Source of the DNA: Candidatus Bathyarchaeia archaeon
Lineage (GTDB): Archaea > Thermoproteota > CALKCG01 > B24
Assembly (NCBI GenBank): GCA_038870975.1
Contig: JAVZJD010000002.1
Location: 544,001 to 608,000, forward strand
DNA length: 64,000 nucleotides
Direction: 5' to 3'
This document shows, in pieces, positions 8,849-18,961 of the stretch. Numbering within the stretch: the first letter of the stretch is position 1; every line of letters begins with the position of its first letter. The translations under genes and the position numbers were made by a program. The notes under the pieces were generated by a model. That model had not been told where the DNA came from, ran no database searches, and saw nothing but the letters and a program-made list of their open reading frames with translations.

Positions 8849-11599
8849 GTGACAGATTTGAATGGAAACATATACGAAGTTGAAATCTTCAGAGGAGAGG
8901 GGTTTGTTAGGAAAAAATGCGGTAGGTGTGGAAGGTACTTCTGGAGTTTAAACCCAGATCAGGAGTTCTGTGGCGATCAACCCTGTGTAGAATATGGTTT
9001 CATAGGGAATCCTCCAAAGGCTAGAAGACTCGATAAGAGAGAATTTAGAGAAGCTTTCCTACAGTTTTTCAAGGAGAATGGACACAGCATAGTTAGAAGA
9101 TACCCGGTTGTAGCAAGATGGAGGGAAGACGTTTACTTCGTTGGTGCGTCAATATATGATTTTCAGCCTTGGGTTACAAGTGGAGTGGTGCCTCCGCCAG
9201 CTAACCCTCTTGTTATTTCACAGCCATCTATAAGATTTACAGACCTCGAAAATGTGGGGAGAACTGGAAGGCATTTAACGGGTTTTGAAATGATGGCTCA
9301 TCACGCTTTCAACGTAAATGGAAAATACGTATATTGGAATAATGAAACAGTGGAATACTGTTTTAGATTCTACAAAGAGATTGTCCAAGTAAATCCAGAG
9401 GAACTTACATTCATAGAGGATTTATGGTCTGGAGGTGGAAATGCAGGTGAAGACTTTGAAGTCTTACTAAGAGGAGGAGAGATAGCTACTCTAGTATTCA
9501 TGCACTACGAGACGGGTGAAAACGGAACGCTTAAAGCCATGAACAATATGATCGTCGATACTGGGTATGGACTTGAAAGAAACGTTTGGGTTTTCTCAGG
9601 TAAACCCAACATATACGAAGCCATCTATGGAGACCTCATAGAGAAGGTTAGATTAAAAGCTGGCGTTGAAAAGATAGACGAAAGAATACTTTTAGAGGCT
9701 TCGAAGACAGCTGGAATCCTCAGTGCCAGAGAAAGTGGTTTAGAAAATATCAGAAGTAAGATTGCTGTAAAAACAGGCATGACCTTAGAAGAACTTGAGA
9801 ATGTTCTCAGGCCCTACGAGTTGATATACAAGCTTGTAGACTATAGTTATGCATTGGCTTGGATACTCGGAGACGGTGTTGTAGCTTCAAATACTGGAGC
9901 AGGATACCTAGCTAGGTTGCTTATAAGAAGATGCTTAAGAGCTAGAGATGAGCTTAAGTTAGACTTGGAAATTGGATGGATTGTCCACCAACATCTTAAA
10001 AACCTCGCCTTAGACTTTCCAGAACTACTGGAAGCAGAAGATAAGATAATGGAAATGCTTGAATTAGAAGCCAAGAAGTATCGTGAGTCAATCAGCAAAG
10101 CATTAAACATAGCAATGAGGGTTGTAAAAGACGCTAAAAAGCGCGAATTAACGCTTAAAGACCTCATAACATTATATGACTCTCACGGCCTCCCACCAGA
10201 GCTCCTTCGGGAGAAGCTGGCCCCCATGGGTATTAAAGTCGAAATCCCCCAGGACTTTTACGGCTTAGTTGCTAAAATCCACGAGAAGCCGACTTCAGAA
10301 AAAACTATAGAAGAATTGAAACTTAGAGGGAAAGTCGAAGAGCTACCTAAGACTAGACGCATATTCTACGAAGACGACGAGGCTTGGAAATTTAAATCTA
10401 AAGTCTTGAAAGTTTTAGACGACTGGGTGGTTTTAGAGTCAACCGCGTTCTATCCTACAAGCGGTGGACAACTTCATGATACAGGGATTATGAGGTCTAT
10501 TAATGGAGTCGCTAAAATCGTAGACGTTAGAGATGTAAATGGTGTGATAGTTCATAAGGTTGAAGGAGCTAAGCCAGTGGAGGGAGATGATGTTGAGTGT
10601 GAAGTAGATATGGATAGGAGGAGGAGCTTATCTAGACACCATACAGCGACGCATATAATTTTAGGGGCTGCTAAAAGGGTTTTAGGACCCCATGTATGGC
10701 AGAGCGGTGCTGAGAAAACTGTGGAGAAGGCAAGGCTCGACATAACACACTATAAAAGCTTGACTCTAGAAGAGGTGGAGAAGATAGAAACGCTAGCGAA
10801 TAGAGTAGTAATTGAAAATCGTCCAGTTAGATGCTTCTTTACGTCTAGAGATGAAGCGGAGAAGAAGTATGGTTTTAAACTATACCAAGGCGGTGTATAC
10901 CCAGGTAGGACTATAAGAGTCGTAGAAATTGAAGATTGGGATGTTGAAGCTTGCGGTGGAATTCACTGTAAACGTACAGGCGATGTAGGATTTATAAAAA
11001 TTATTGGCGTAGATAGGATACAAGACGGCGTAGAGAGAATAGAATACGTTGCGGGTGAACAAGCTCTAAAATACATACAACAGAAGTTTAGACTGATTGA
11101 AGAAGTTTCAGCCGCTCTTAAGAGTGCACCGGATAGACTTAAAGACTCTATCTTGGAACTCCTCAGAGACCTTAAACTTGAGAGGAGTAAAGTTGAAAAT
11201 TTAACTCGAAAGCTTACTGAGGTTAGATTGGACCTTCTCGTTAAAAATATCATTGAAATAGATGGTGTAAAACTGATCGTAGAAAGGAGGAAGAATGAGG
11301 AATCGGATATTGTAATAAATGAAGCCAATACATTTGTCAATAGGTTTCCAGAAGCTGTGGCAATCTATTTCATCTCAGATGGAGATAAGAGTAGCATCAT
11401 TGTAATGGTTGGCGATAAAGCTAGAGAATTTGGATTAAACGCTGGAGCTATAACACGGAATATAGCGACCCTGTGTGGCGGTAGAGGAGGAGGCACAGTT
11501 AGACTTGGACAGGGAGGGGGATTAAATACTTCAAAGATACCAACAATTGAGAAAATAATTGAGGAGGTTTTAAAATTTAAAGGTGGAAGGCCTTCTTAA
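8849..11599 (+). CDS. alaS: Alanine--tRNA ligase
   Basis: RYPVVARWR, GRHLTGFEMMAHH, DTGYGLER, editing HTATH/CGGIH, C-Ala GGRGGG. Confidence 0.98.
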   Translation: MTDLNGNIYEVEIFRGEGFVRKKCGRCGRYFWSLNPDQEFCGDQPCVEYGFIGNPPKARRLDKREFREAFLQFFKENGHSIVRRYPVVARWREDVYFVGASIYDFQPWVTSGVVPPPANPLVISQPSIRFTDLENVGRTGRHLTGFEMMAHHAFNVNGKYVYWNNETVEYCFRFYKEIVQVNPEELTFIEDLWSGGGNAGEDFEVLLRGGEIATLVFMHYETGENGTLKAMNNMIVDTGYGLERNVWVFSGKPNIYEAIYGDLIEKVRLKAGVEKIDERILLEASKTAGILSARESGLENIRSKIAVKTGMTLEELENVLRPYELIYKLVDYSYALAWILGDGVVASNTGAGYLARLLIRRCLRARDELKLDLEIGWIVHQHLKNLALDFPELLEAEDKIMEMLELEAKKYRESISKALNIAMRVVKDAKKRELTLKDLITLYDSHGLPPELLREKLAPMGIKVEIPQDFYGLVAKIHEKPTSEKTIEELKLRGKVEELPKTRRIFYEDDEAWKFKSKVLKVLDDWVVLESTAFYPTSGGQLHDTGIMRSINGVAKIVDVRDVNGVIVHKVEGAKPVEGDDVECEVDMDRRRSLSRHHTATHIILGAAKRVLGPHVWQSGAEKTVEKARLDITHYKSLTLEEVEKIETLANRVVIENRPVRCFFTSRDEAEKKYGFKLYQGGVYPGRTIRVVEIEDWDVEACGGIHCKRTGDVGFIKIIGVDRIQDGVERIEYVAGEQALKYIQQKFRLIEEVSAALKSAPDRLKDSILELLRDLKLERSKVENLTRKLTEVRLDLLVKNIIEIDGVKLIVERRKNEESDIVINEANTFVNRFPEAVAIYFISDGDKSSIIVMVGDKAREFGLNAGAITRNIATLCGGRGGGTVRLGQGGGLNTSKIPTIEKIIEEVLKFKGGRPS

Positions 11600-12005
11600 T
11601 CTTATGTTCTATAAACCCTCTAGGTAGAGCCCCAACTATTCTATCCACTTCAATGGCATTTTCAAACAGTATAAGTGTAGGTATGCTCATAACTTCAAAT
11701 CTAGCAGCTATCTCAGGGTTGGAGTCTACGTTAAGTCTGGCAAATCTCACTTTCCCAACGTAGACTTTAGCAAGTTCGTAAATTATGGGCTCCACCATGC
11801 GGCATGGAGCACACCAGGGAGCCCAGAAGTCTACCACAAGCCTTACGTTTTCAGTTAAAATTCTGGTGAAGTTACTGCTATCGACTTCTAAAACATCTAC
11901 TTCCGAAGCGCCTGCAGAGTCATCTGACGGTTCCTTGTTGAGGGCTTTCTTTAAGAGTTTGCGAATTTCCCTCTCTTTAAGCTTCTCTAACTCTTCGTCA
12001 GACAT
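11577..12005 (-). CDS. trxA: Thioredoxin with N-terminal helical extension
   Basis: DFWAPWCAPC, MSIPT. Confidence 0.93.
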   Translation of the reverse strand: MSDEELEKLKEREIRKLLKKALNKEPSDDSAGASEVDVLEVDSSNFTRILTENVRLVVDFWAPWCAPCRMVEPIIYELAKVYVGKVRFARLNVDSNPEIAARFEVMSIPTLILFENAIEVDRIVGALPRGFIEHKIKKAFHL

Positions 12006-12089
12006 GAGTAATTAGGCTATGTAGAATCGACCTTATAAAAGTTGCAGTAGTAACTATAGCTGGTTCAAGCAATTTTGAGATTGGCTTAA

Positions 12090-12632
12090 TTATTTCCCAA
12101 ACCTTCCAGGTTGTAACTTGTGGCTTGCCACTAGGATTGGTTTATATGGTTTAGGCTCATCTTTAGACGGATTTAATGTAAGTTGCATTACGGCGTAGCT
12201 TGTTGTGAATCCAAATTTAGAGTATAGATTTACTGCCGCTTCATTCCTAGGATCGACTTCTAGACATATTTCATTAACACCTTTAAAGGCCAGACGTGTT
12301 ATCAACTCTTTGAGTAGAGCTCCGCCTATTCCAAGCCTTCTATAACTTGGGTCTACAATTAGAAATTCGATGAAGCCGAAGTGTTCACCATCAACGTTAC
12401 TAGTTGGTCTGACTATGTAGCCACCAGCTGTTCCAACGATTTTACCATCTACTTCGGAGACGAGCACCACTCCACCATTTTTCCTGATCTTCGTCAGGAA
12501 GAGTTTAAGTAGTCTCGGTTTTACAGGTTTACCCTCAGTAGCTACAAGCTGAGCGAGGAGATTTATAACGGAATCTCTATCTTGTGCTCTATAGTTTCTA
12601 ATGGAGAAGGTTTTTACTCAAGCGGAATTCAT
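12090..12632 (-). CDS. GNAT N-acetyltransferase (5' end disrupted by TGA at codon 5, or by a 1-nt indel)
   Basis: VDPSYRRLGIG motif A and N..AVNLY.KFGF; the frame stays open upstream of 12470 (FSIRNYRAQDRDSVINLL) up to a TGA at 12618-12620, with ATG at 12630-12632. Confidence 0.75.
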
Positions 12633-12746
12633 ACCTTTAAGATCCCTCTCGCCGTTTTTAATCTCAATCCTATTTATAAAGGTTATTGAGTTTGAAACGG
12701 TAAATTTAAGATTTAAGTGGTCTGGTATATAACTGCGGCGGTCAGA

Positions 12747-13472
12747 TTGAAGCTATTGGTTAGCGTAGTAGATGAAGAAGAGGCTTTTAGCGCGTTTCAA
12801 GGTGGATGCGACATACTAGATGTAAAAAACCCGTATGAAGGCTCTCTAGGGGCAAATCATCCGTCTCTTGTAAGGCGGATTGTTGAGAGATTTAAGGGCA
12901 AAGTTGAAATTAGTGCAACTATTGGAGATTTACCGAATCTCCCGGGTACTGCTTCTTTAGCGGCTTTAGGGGCTACTTCATTAGGTGTAGACTACATTAA
13001 AGCAGGACTATTAGGTGTTTACGACTTCAAGAGTGCATTGAAACTCATGAGTTGGATTGTGGAAGCCGTTAAAGAGGAGAATGTGAACGTTAAGGTGGTA
13101 GCATGCTGTTATGCGGATTATAGACTGACTGGTTCACTAGACCCGATCCATCTGCCCACTGTTGCTTATGAAAGTGGAGCAGATGGAATACTTATAGATG
13201 TAAAAACGAAAGGTGGGAAAAAGGTTTTCGAATACTTAAATATTGAGCAATTAGCTCAGATATATTCTAAGGCCAGAGAGTTTGGATTGATGACTGCTTT
13301 AGCTGGAGGATTAGATTCTGAAGATGTAATTAGCGTTGCTAAACTTAAAGTAGATGTTTTAGGTGTCCGTAGAGGAGTCTGCGACTCAAGTGAATGGCTA
13401 TATGGCAGGGTTAGATTGGAAAAGGTTAGGGATATGAAAGAAAGGATTCTAAAACTTAAGACGTCTCCCTAG
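12747..13472 (+). CDS. mfnB: (5-formylfuran-3-yl)methyl phosphate synthase (methanofuran biosynthesis)
   Basis: LLVSV..EEA, DILDVKNP.EGSLGA, SATIGD, DYIKAG, ALAG.L, LGVRRGVC. Confidence 0.92.
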   Translation: MKLLVSVVDEEEAFSAFQGGCDILDVKNPYEGSLGANHPSLVRRIVERFKGKVEISATIGDLPNLPGTASLAALGATSLGVDYIKAGLLGVYDFKSALKLMSWIVEAVKEENVNVKVVACCYADYRLTGSLDPIHLPTVAYESGADGILIDVKTKGGKKVFEYLNIEQLAQIYSKAREFGLMTALAGGLDSEDVISVAKLKVDVLGVRRGVCDSSEWLYGRVRLEKVRDMKERILKLKTSP

Positions 13473-13971
13473 ATTTTTCCATTAAGTGTCTTACTAGTCC
13501 TTCGGCTAAGTTTTTAACGGTCAATCCTTCAAAGTCCAATTCGCATTCGACTGAATCAAGCATGGTTGAAGTTATGAGGTCTTGAGAAGAAGAACGTACG
13601 CTATCTATCAACATTATGCTAGAGTTTAAAGTAGAAGACATGATATTTCCAAGACTTTCAATACCACCTTCAAAAAGTTCAAATGAGAAGACATCGTAGA
13701 ATTCTGAGAAAATTTTAAGCCTTATTATTGCTCTTTCCAACGCTAAGCACACTCTAGACATTAATTCGACCATATATTCTGCCTCAGATATCTCAGCTAC
13801 GTAAATCATAGACTTATAGCGATCACCCAAGGCATACATCGTTAAGTAACTGACATAGAGGCTTTTAACGTAGCATTTAGCTCGATGGAGATTTTCTTCG
13901 GTCAATTCAAGACATAGATTCAGCTTTAATAGGATCTCTCTGAAATCGATCCTTCTACGTTTGAAAAACAT
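13456..13971 (-). CDS. Divergent ESCRT-III/CdvB-like helical protein
   Basis: GDRYKSMIYVAEISE...LALERAIIRLKIFSEFYDV resembles the CdvB core D..RA.IYANE.AE...LALE....RL.T..E.GDV; basic N-terminus and acidic C-terminal region. Confidence 0.6.
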   Translation of the reverse strand: MFFKRRRIDFREILLKLNLCLELTEENLHRAKCYVKSLYVSYLTMYALGDRYKSMIYVAEISEAEYMVELMSRVCLALERAIIRLKIFSEFYDVFSFELFEGGIESLGNIMSSTLNSSIMLIDSVRSSSQDLITSTMLDSVECELDFEGLTVKNLAEGLVRHLMEKSRETS

Positions 13972-14157
13972 ATTATTCGACAAAATGACGGTATTTAAAC
14001 CTAAAAATATTGTTAAACTGTATGCAGAGAAAAGAGATAGTTTGTACAAGGTTTATTTAAACGGGATTGATATCAATTGAGCATTAGATAATATGTTCAT
14101 ATTACGGTTGAAATACCAGCAACCAGAAGTAGTCTAGGTGATTTTTAAGGCTGTCAG

Positions 14158-14805
14158 TCAACTGATAAGTACTTCTGTGCATATCGTCTCCCTATTAGTC
14201 AGAATCGAAGTGACCCGCTCGGGATATAAACCATTAACTATAAAACACCTAGCCTTTAACTTTCTAGCGACCTCTGGGAAGAAACGGTCTAAATATGAAT
14301 TATGCCGTCTAAGCCAATTTAAATCAACCGTTTTGAGTAGTCTACCGTGTTCATCATAAATGCCATCAATACTTTTGATTAAAATCAAAGTTTTGACGTT
14401 CAGAAGAGAAGCTATATAGACGGATATACTATCTGAAGTTACATCCCAAGATGGTGGAAATGGATCTTTCTCTTCCAATAATCTATGAGGGAGGAAAACT
14501 GGAATATGACCCTTAAAACAGCTTTCTAAACACTCTTTGATTGTGTAAACTGGTTTAGAACTAGGTATTAAATCCGATATAAGCAATCCGTATTGAGACA
14601 TGGCTAATATCGCCATCCTATGCGCTGTTTCTTCAGAAATCTTGAAGGCCTTATAACATAGCCTTACCTCATCTGCGAAGACGGCTCCGCCAGGTACAAT
14701 GGTTAACCTATATCCTGAAGACAGTTTCCCGATCTCAAGACAGAGTTTTTCAAGAACTGTGGGCTTCGAATATAAGCTACCTCCTATTTTCAAAACAGCC
14801 TCCAA
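14158..14805 (-). CDS. mfnE: Amino-acid-kinase-family MfnE, [5-(aminomethyl)furan-3-yl]methyl phosphate kinase
   Basis: KIGGSL, PGGA.FAD.VR, AH.MAILAM.QYG, SWDVTSDSI. Confidence 0.88.
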   Translation of the reverse strand: MEAVLKIGGSLYSKPTVLEKLCLEIGKLSSGYRLTIVPGGAVFADEVRLCYKAFKISEETAHRMAILAMSQYGLLISDLIPSSKPVYTIKECLESCFKGHIPVFLPHRLLEEKDPFPPSWDVTSDSISVYIASLLNVKTLILIKSIDGIYDEHGRLLKTVDLNWLRRHNSYLDRFFPEVARKLKARCFIVNGLYPERVTSILTNRETICTEVLIS

Positions 14806-15866
14806 TTTTTAGGCTCCCTCCCCTCTAGGAACTCCACAGCCATAAGGGCTAAAGCGTAAGAAGGGACAACTTTAGCAGCATTTGAACCTATATACTGAGA
14901 AATTGATGTGACATTTTTAAAGCCAAATATTGTTAAAGCTTTCTTAGACAAGAATTCTCCACCAATTCCTGCCGTGTATGCAGGTTTATCCCTTAAATCT
15001 ACATTTAAACTTTCAGAAAGCCTATTCAATGCCTCAACTATTTGGGTCAACTGAGCCCTATAGATATATGATGCTATGGAATGGATTTCATCCAGTGACA
15101 GGATGTCTAGATCTGCGCACACAACCCTTGCCAATCTAGCGGCTACTTCAATCTTAGAAACCCCTCTACCATCCGGTGTGTCCACAGTATAATCTTCAGG
15201 TTTTATATTCCCAAGCATTAGATGTACATCTCCAGACTGAGCGAAGAATTCTGATGATACTGGCGTTAAAATACCTTTGACTGGTACATGCGATACTATT
15301 GCCGCGACATTCGTCCTCAAAGCACCAGTATATACCAATTCGCCATTCATAAGCTTCTCTAAATCGTTAAATCCCTTAGCAGCCACTCTACCATTTAGCA
15401 CCGGAACTAGAGACGTCGAAGTACTTCCAGTATCCACTAGAAGACAGTCTTTTGAAAGCTTTGAAGCAAGCCATCCTGAGGCATACCAATTTGCGGCAGC
15501 AACATCCAAGGGCTCTGATTTAGCTTCCTCCGGGCTTAAAAGCTCACCGTGAACATTTAAAAACTTAAGCTTAACATCCTTTAAAGCACGTATGGTAGAG
15601 TCTACTATATGGTGCACACCTTCAGTTTTCGAAAAATAGACATCCGAAAGCTCTGCCGTCATCGTTATAGCCGCTAAATCTGGACTTTCTACAGCAGACC
15701 TTTTAATCAGATTACTTATTGCAACTGGAAGATTCTCACGACCCCTCCGCCATATTGGGAAATACTCTGTGAAAACTTCGACCTTTGATATTACTCCGTC
15801 TACACAATCTATAACCGTCAACTTTAAATTAGCCCCGCCTATGTCGAGCCCTAAAACTTTCACCAC
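14790..15866 (-). CDS. mfnF: MfnF (hydantoinase/oxoprolinase-like, methanofuran biosynthesis)
   Basis: GLDIGGANLK, TMTAELSD, AAANWYASG, DTGSTST, LVYTGALRT, TPDGR, RLARVVCAD. Confidence 0.9.
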   Translation of the reverse strand: MVKVLGLDIGGANLKLTVIDCVDGVISKVEVFTEYFPIWRRGRENLPVAISNLIKRSAVESPDLAAITMTAELSDVYFSKTEGVHHIVDSTIRALKDVKLKFLNVHGELLSPEEAKSEPLDVAAANWYASGWLASKLSKDCLLVDTGSTSTSLVPVLNGRVAAKGFNDLEKLMNGELVYTGALRTNVAAIVSHVPVKGILTPVSSEFFAQSGDVHLMLGNIKPEDYTVDTPDGRGVSKIEVAARLARVVCADLDILSLDEIHSIASYIYRAQLTQIVEALNRLSESLNVDLRDKPAYTAGIGGEFLSKKALTIFGFKNVTSISQYIGSNAAKVVPSYALALMAVEFLEGREPKNWRLF

Positions 15867-17032
15867 AGTATCTTACACCTCGTTTCACGTCTAAGCTCTT
15901 CCAAGATTTTAAAGTAGGTGGCTCTTGCATTTTTAAAGCTGTCTGATGTGGCCGCAATAAATCCATATGCTTTAGCCTGGTCTTCAATTGGAAACGGAGG
16001 AGAAACAATATCATCTAGAAGAGTTGATATTTTAAGAACTCTGGAAATCGGACCTTCAAATAGAGTCTTTTTAAAATAGCAAACGGCCTTAAAATTAGGA
16101 TTGAATTCGCAAGTTTTGCCTAAACCCGTTTCAATAATCGGATTTGAAAGATTCACTGATAGAGATCTGCTTAACCCAACGTAGGATACTGTTAATCTTG
16201 GGTTTATTTCTATAATATAGACTCCATCCTTGGATAATACTACGTCTACTCCAATATACCCCCTTAAACCTTTAAATGCCTCAACAGCGTTAGTCGCTAC
16301 TTCTAATGCCTCCTTTAGAAGTCTATGATGTACAGGTGTATAACCGCCGAGGTACATACATCTACTGATTGATATAAATTGGCGGTTTAAACTAATGGGT
16401 GTAACCTTAAGACCGTTCGTAAGTAGAGAAACACTTGCGGGTATTCCTCTGATAAACTCCTGTATTAAAAGTTCACGCTTTTCTTTGGAGAGGAAGCGTT
16501 TAAGTTCTCCGAAGGATTTAAACAATTTTAAACCTTCACATCCAGCACCTGTTCTGGGTTTAACTATGAATGGTGGTTTAAGAAAGTCTAAATCTATCGG
16601 AACCTCAGGATTATATTCCAAAGTCCTAGGGGTTTTAAGACCTACCTTGAAGAGCTCTGATAGTGTCACGGCTTTATCTGAAAGGCGTTTAACCGTTTCA
16701 TGGTTTGAGCAGACGTGTAAACCATCAAATTCTTCGAGAAGACGGGCTAGTAGTCCATCGCTCTCAGGAGCTATAATATATGTTAAATCGTACGATTGTG
16801 CAAGCTTTCTAAGTTTGGGAAGACTTGCGCCATCTATTCTCACAATAGTAGAGGCTTTCAAAAATCCAGAGAGTTTCAAGAGATCCCTACAGACGACGGT
16901 ATAAACGTTATGGCCTGCTTTAGAGAGATCTCGAATCAAAGAGGAAACCATTGCAAGACCTTCAGATAGAATGCTCGAATTTACGTTTCTAAATAGGCCG
17001 GATAATATGGCTTCAATGAGTAAAATTTGCAT
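15860..17032 (-). CDS. mfnD: ATP-grasp tyramine--L-glutamate ligase
   Basis: EGLAM, IAPESDG, KP..GAGCEG, SLNRQ, GYIGVD, EINPRLT. Confidence 0.85.
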   Translation of the reverse strand: MQILLIEAILSGLFRNVNSSILSEGLAMVSSLIRDLSKAGHNVYTVVCRDLLKLSGFLKASTIVRIDGASLPKLRKLAQSYDLTYIIAPESDGLLARLLEEFDGLHVCSNHETVKRLSDKAVTLSELFKVGLKTPRTLEYNPEVPIDLDFLKPPFIVKPRTGAGCEGLKLFKSFGELKRFLSKEKRELLIQEFIRGIPASVSLLTNGLKVTPISLNRQFISISRCMYLGGYTPVHHRLLKEALEVATNAVEAFKGLRGYIGVDVVLSKDGVYIIEINPRLTVSYVGLSRSLSVNLSNPIIETGLGKTCEFNPNFKAVCYFKKTLFEGPISRVLKISTLLDDIVSPPFPIEDQAKAYGFIAATSDSFKNARATYFKILEELRRETRCKILW

Positions 17033-17043
17033 GTGGTGTCCTC

Positions 17044-17766
17044 CTAGAGGAAGCTAGTCTTCTTGAGCTCTGAAATTGTCAACTTAGATTGATGGAGTGC
17101 AGAAGCCACTAGAGCTGCTTCAACACCTATTTCTCTCAATATTAAAAGGTCGTTTAAATTTCGAATACCTCCACCGACTATAAGTCTAATGGGGACGGTT
17201 TTCAGTTCTCTTATTAGCTCTAAGTCGGGTCCCCTGTCAGAGCCAACTCTAGATAAATCGATAACAATTGCTTCTTCAAAGCCGAGCCTCACAGCTTCAT
17301 TAAGACAATATTTAGGTGAAAACCCCTCGAATTCGGGGGCCTTAGATAAAACTTCACGGTTTTTAAGATCTAAACCTAAAACAACCCGATCACGTCCGTA
17401 AACTTCTAGAATCCATCGTGCGATCTCTAATTTTGGAAGAGTTTCCGTAGCCATTATGAGCTTTCTAACACCAGCATTAAATACCTTTGAAGCTTCCTCA
17501 AGACTTTTAATCCCTGGATCCAACATTAGATTTACTTCTGAAGATAGGAATCTGTATAGTTCTGTGTTTAGAAAACCGTAAAGTATGGCATCTAAGTCTG
17601 CTACGTAAACCGTTCTAAACCCCAGTGAAGACAGCTTTTTAACAGTAGCTAACGGATTTGAAAATGGATATAAACTGCTTCTAATCGGTTTATATAGGTC
17701 TCTAAAACCCATTTTAGCCCAAACAGTTAAACCGTTTTTAACATCTAAAACCGGTATGACTTTCAA
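17044..17766 (-). CDS. HisA/HisF-related TIM-barrel protein (C1-cofactor-linked family)
   Basis: IPVLDVKNG..V.A..G.R..YKP, YVADLDAI, DLSRVGS..GPD, GGGIR; first gene of the mfnD-F-E run. Confidence 0.8.
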   Translation of the reverse strand: MKVIPVLDVKNGLTVWAKMGFRDLYKPIRSSLYPFSNPLATVKKLSSLGFRTVYVADLDAILYGFLNTELYRFLSSEVNLMLDPGIKSLEEASKVFNAGVRKLIMATETLPKLEIARWILEVYGRDRVVLGLDLKNREVLSKAPEFEGFSPKYCLNEAVRLGFEEAIVIDLSRVGSDRGPDLELIRELKTVPIRLIVGGGIRNLNDLLILREIGVEAALVASALHQSKLTISELKKTSFL

Positions 17767-17839
17767 AAGTTAGCACCTTAATTCTTTCAACTTCTCTTAG
17801 GTAGATTTTTAAGCTTCATAAGTCTTTAGATAGTTTAAG

Positions 17840-18961
17840 ATGAGTTACGCCGCTCTCCTCTACGACAGATTAACCATAGATGAGGCCGAATTAATGTTAA
17901 CTGCTGATAGGAGGGGGCTATTACTTAAGAAGCTCTTTACTAAAGAGCCGTCAACGCTTTCCAGTACAGACCTAGCAGAAGTCCATGTCGTAGTAAATCG
18001 GTGTGAAAGCAAAAGTAGAGCTTTAGAAGCAGCTAGAAGAATTGCAAATCTAAATAGAATAGTTATAAATTCCTACAGGGTTGAAGAACTATGCTCTAAT
18101 AAGATTAAAACGATTGAACTACTTGAAAAGTATGGTATTAAAGTACCTAAAGGTTTATTCAAACCTTTTCCAAAGAACCTACATGAGTTAGAAGATTGGA
18201 TAATATGTGTTGTTGAAGAAGCCGAGGCTAGACTAGAATACCCGATTGTATTTAAACCTACACATGGAAGCTGGGGTAAAGGCATAATAAAAATCGATTG
18301 TAGAGAACGTTTAATAGAAGTTCTTAGGGAGAATTCTAAGCCCAATGAGATAAACCCAGAAGGCATTTTTCTACAGGAGTATGTTGAAAAACCAGGCTTT
18401 GACCTTAGAATAGTAGCTTTTAAGGAGAAGCATGGAATGGGTATACTATGTTGTATAGCGAGGGTCTCTAGGAAGCCTGAGGAGTTTAGAACGAACACCC
18501 ACCTTGGAGGACTGCCAGTAGGAGTTGAGTTGAAAAATTATCCAGAGCATGTAGATGAGGCTTTAAAGGCTGCTAAAATTATAATGCAAGAAGAAAAATA
18601 TGGTATAATAGCTTTAGATGCAATGCCTCAGATAGAAAATATAGATTATAATATTGTATATAAACTTACCAATGAGTGCGCAAAAATGTATGATGAAATT
18701 AGAAAATTTGTGGATGAAAACAAGTTTAGGCGATATATTGAATGGAAAAATGAAATGGAACTTATGTTTCAAAAGCTTAAAATGCATGAATCTTACATAG
18801 CGCTTAGAAACGTAATTTCAAATCTACTTGAAAATAGTAAACTTAGAGTTCATGAGGCTAATTCAAGGTTTGATTACGCTATGAATACTAGAAATGCGAC
18901 AGGAATAAATCCAGCTGAAAAATACGTTGACCTATGTTTTGAGGCACTTGAGGAAAGTTAA
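17840..18961 (+). CDS. RimK/LysX-family ATP-grasp peptide ligase with a helical insertion
   Basis: YDR...E, NRCES, KP.HGSWG, QEYVEKPG.D.R, FRTNT..GG, HEAN. Confidence 0.8.
   Translation: MSYAALLYDRLTIDEAELMLTADRRGLLLKKLFTKEPSTLSSTDLAEVHVVVNRCESKSRALEAARRIANLNRIVINSYRVEELCSNKIKTIELLEKYGIKVPKGLFKPFPKNLHELEDWIICVVEEAEARLEYPIVFKPTHGSWGKGIIKIDCRERLIEVLRENSKPNEINPEGIFLQEYVEKPGFDLRIVAFKEKHGMGILCCIARVSRKPEEFRTNTHLGGLPVGVELKNYPEHVDEALKAAKIIMQEEKYGIIALDAMPQIENIDYNIVYKLTNECAKMYDEIRKFVDENKFRRYIEWKNEMELMFQKLKMHESYIALRNVISNLLENSKLRVHEANSRFDYAMNTRNATGINPAEKYVDLCFEALEES

Noticed and set aside
6173-12620. Two in-frame TGA codons (aldolase, GNAT) as evidence of selenocysteine or UGA recoding
   Set aside because: TGA is a normal stop in conserved genes here (e.g. 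rps19e, hisB). The aldolase has other lesions and its TGA sits at a probable Trp codon. No SECIS-like element was seen.
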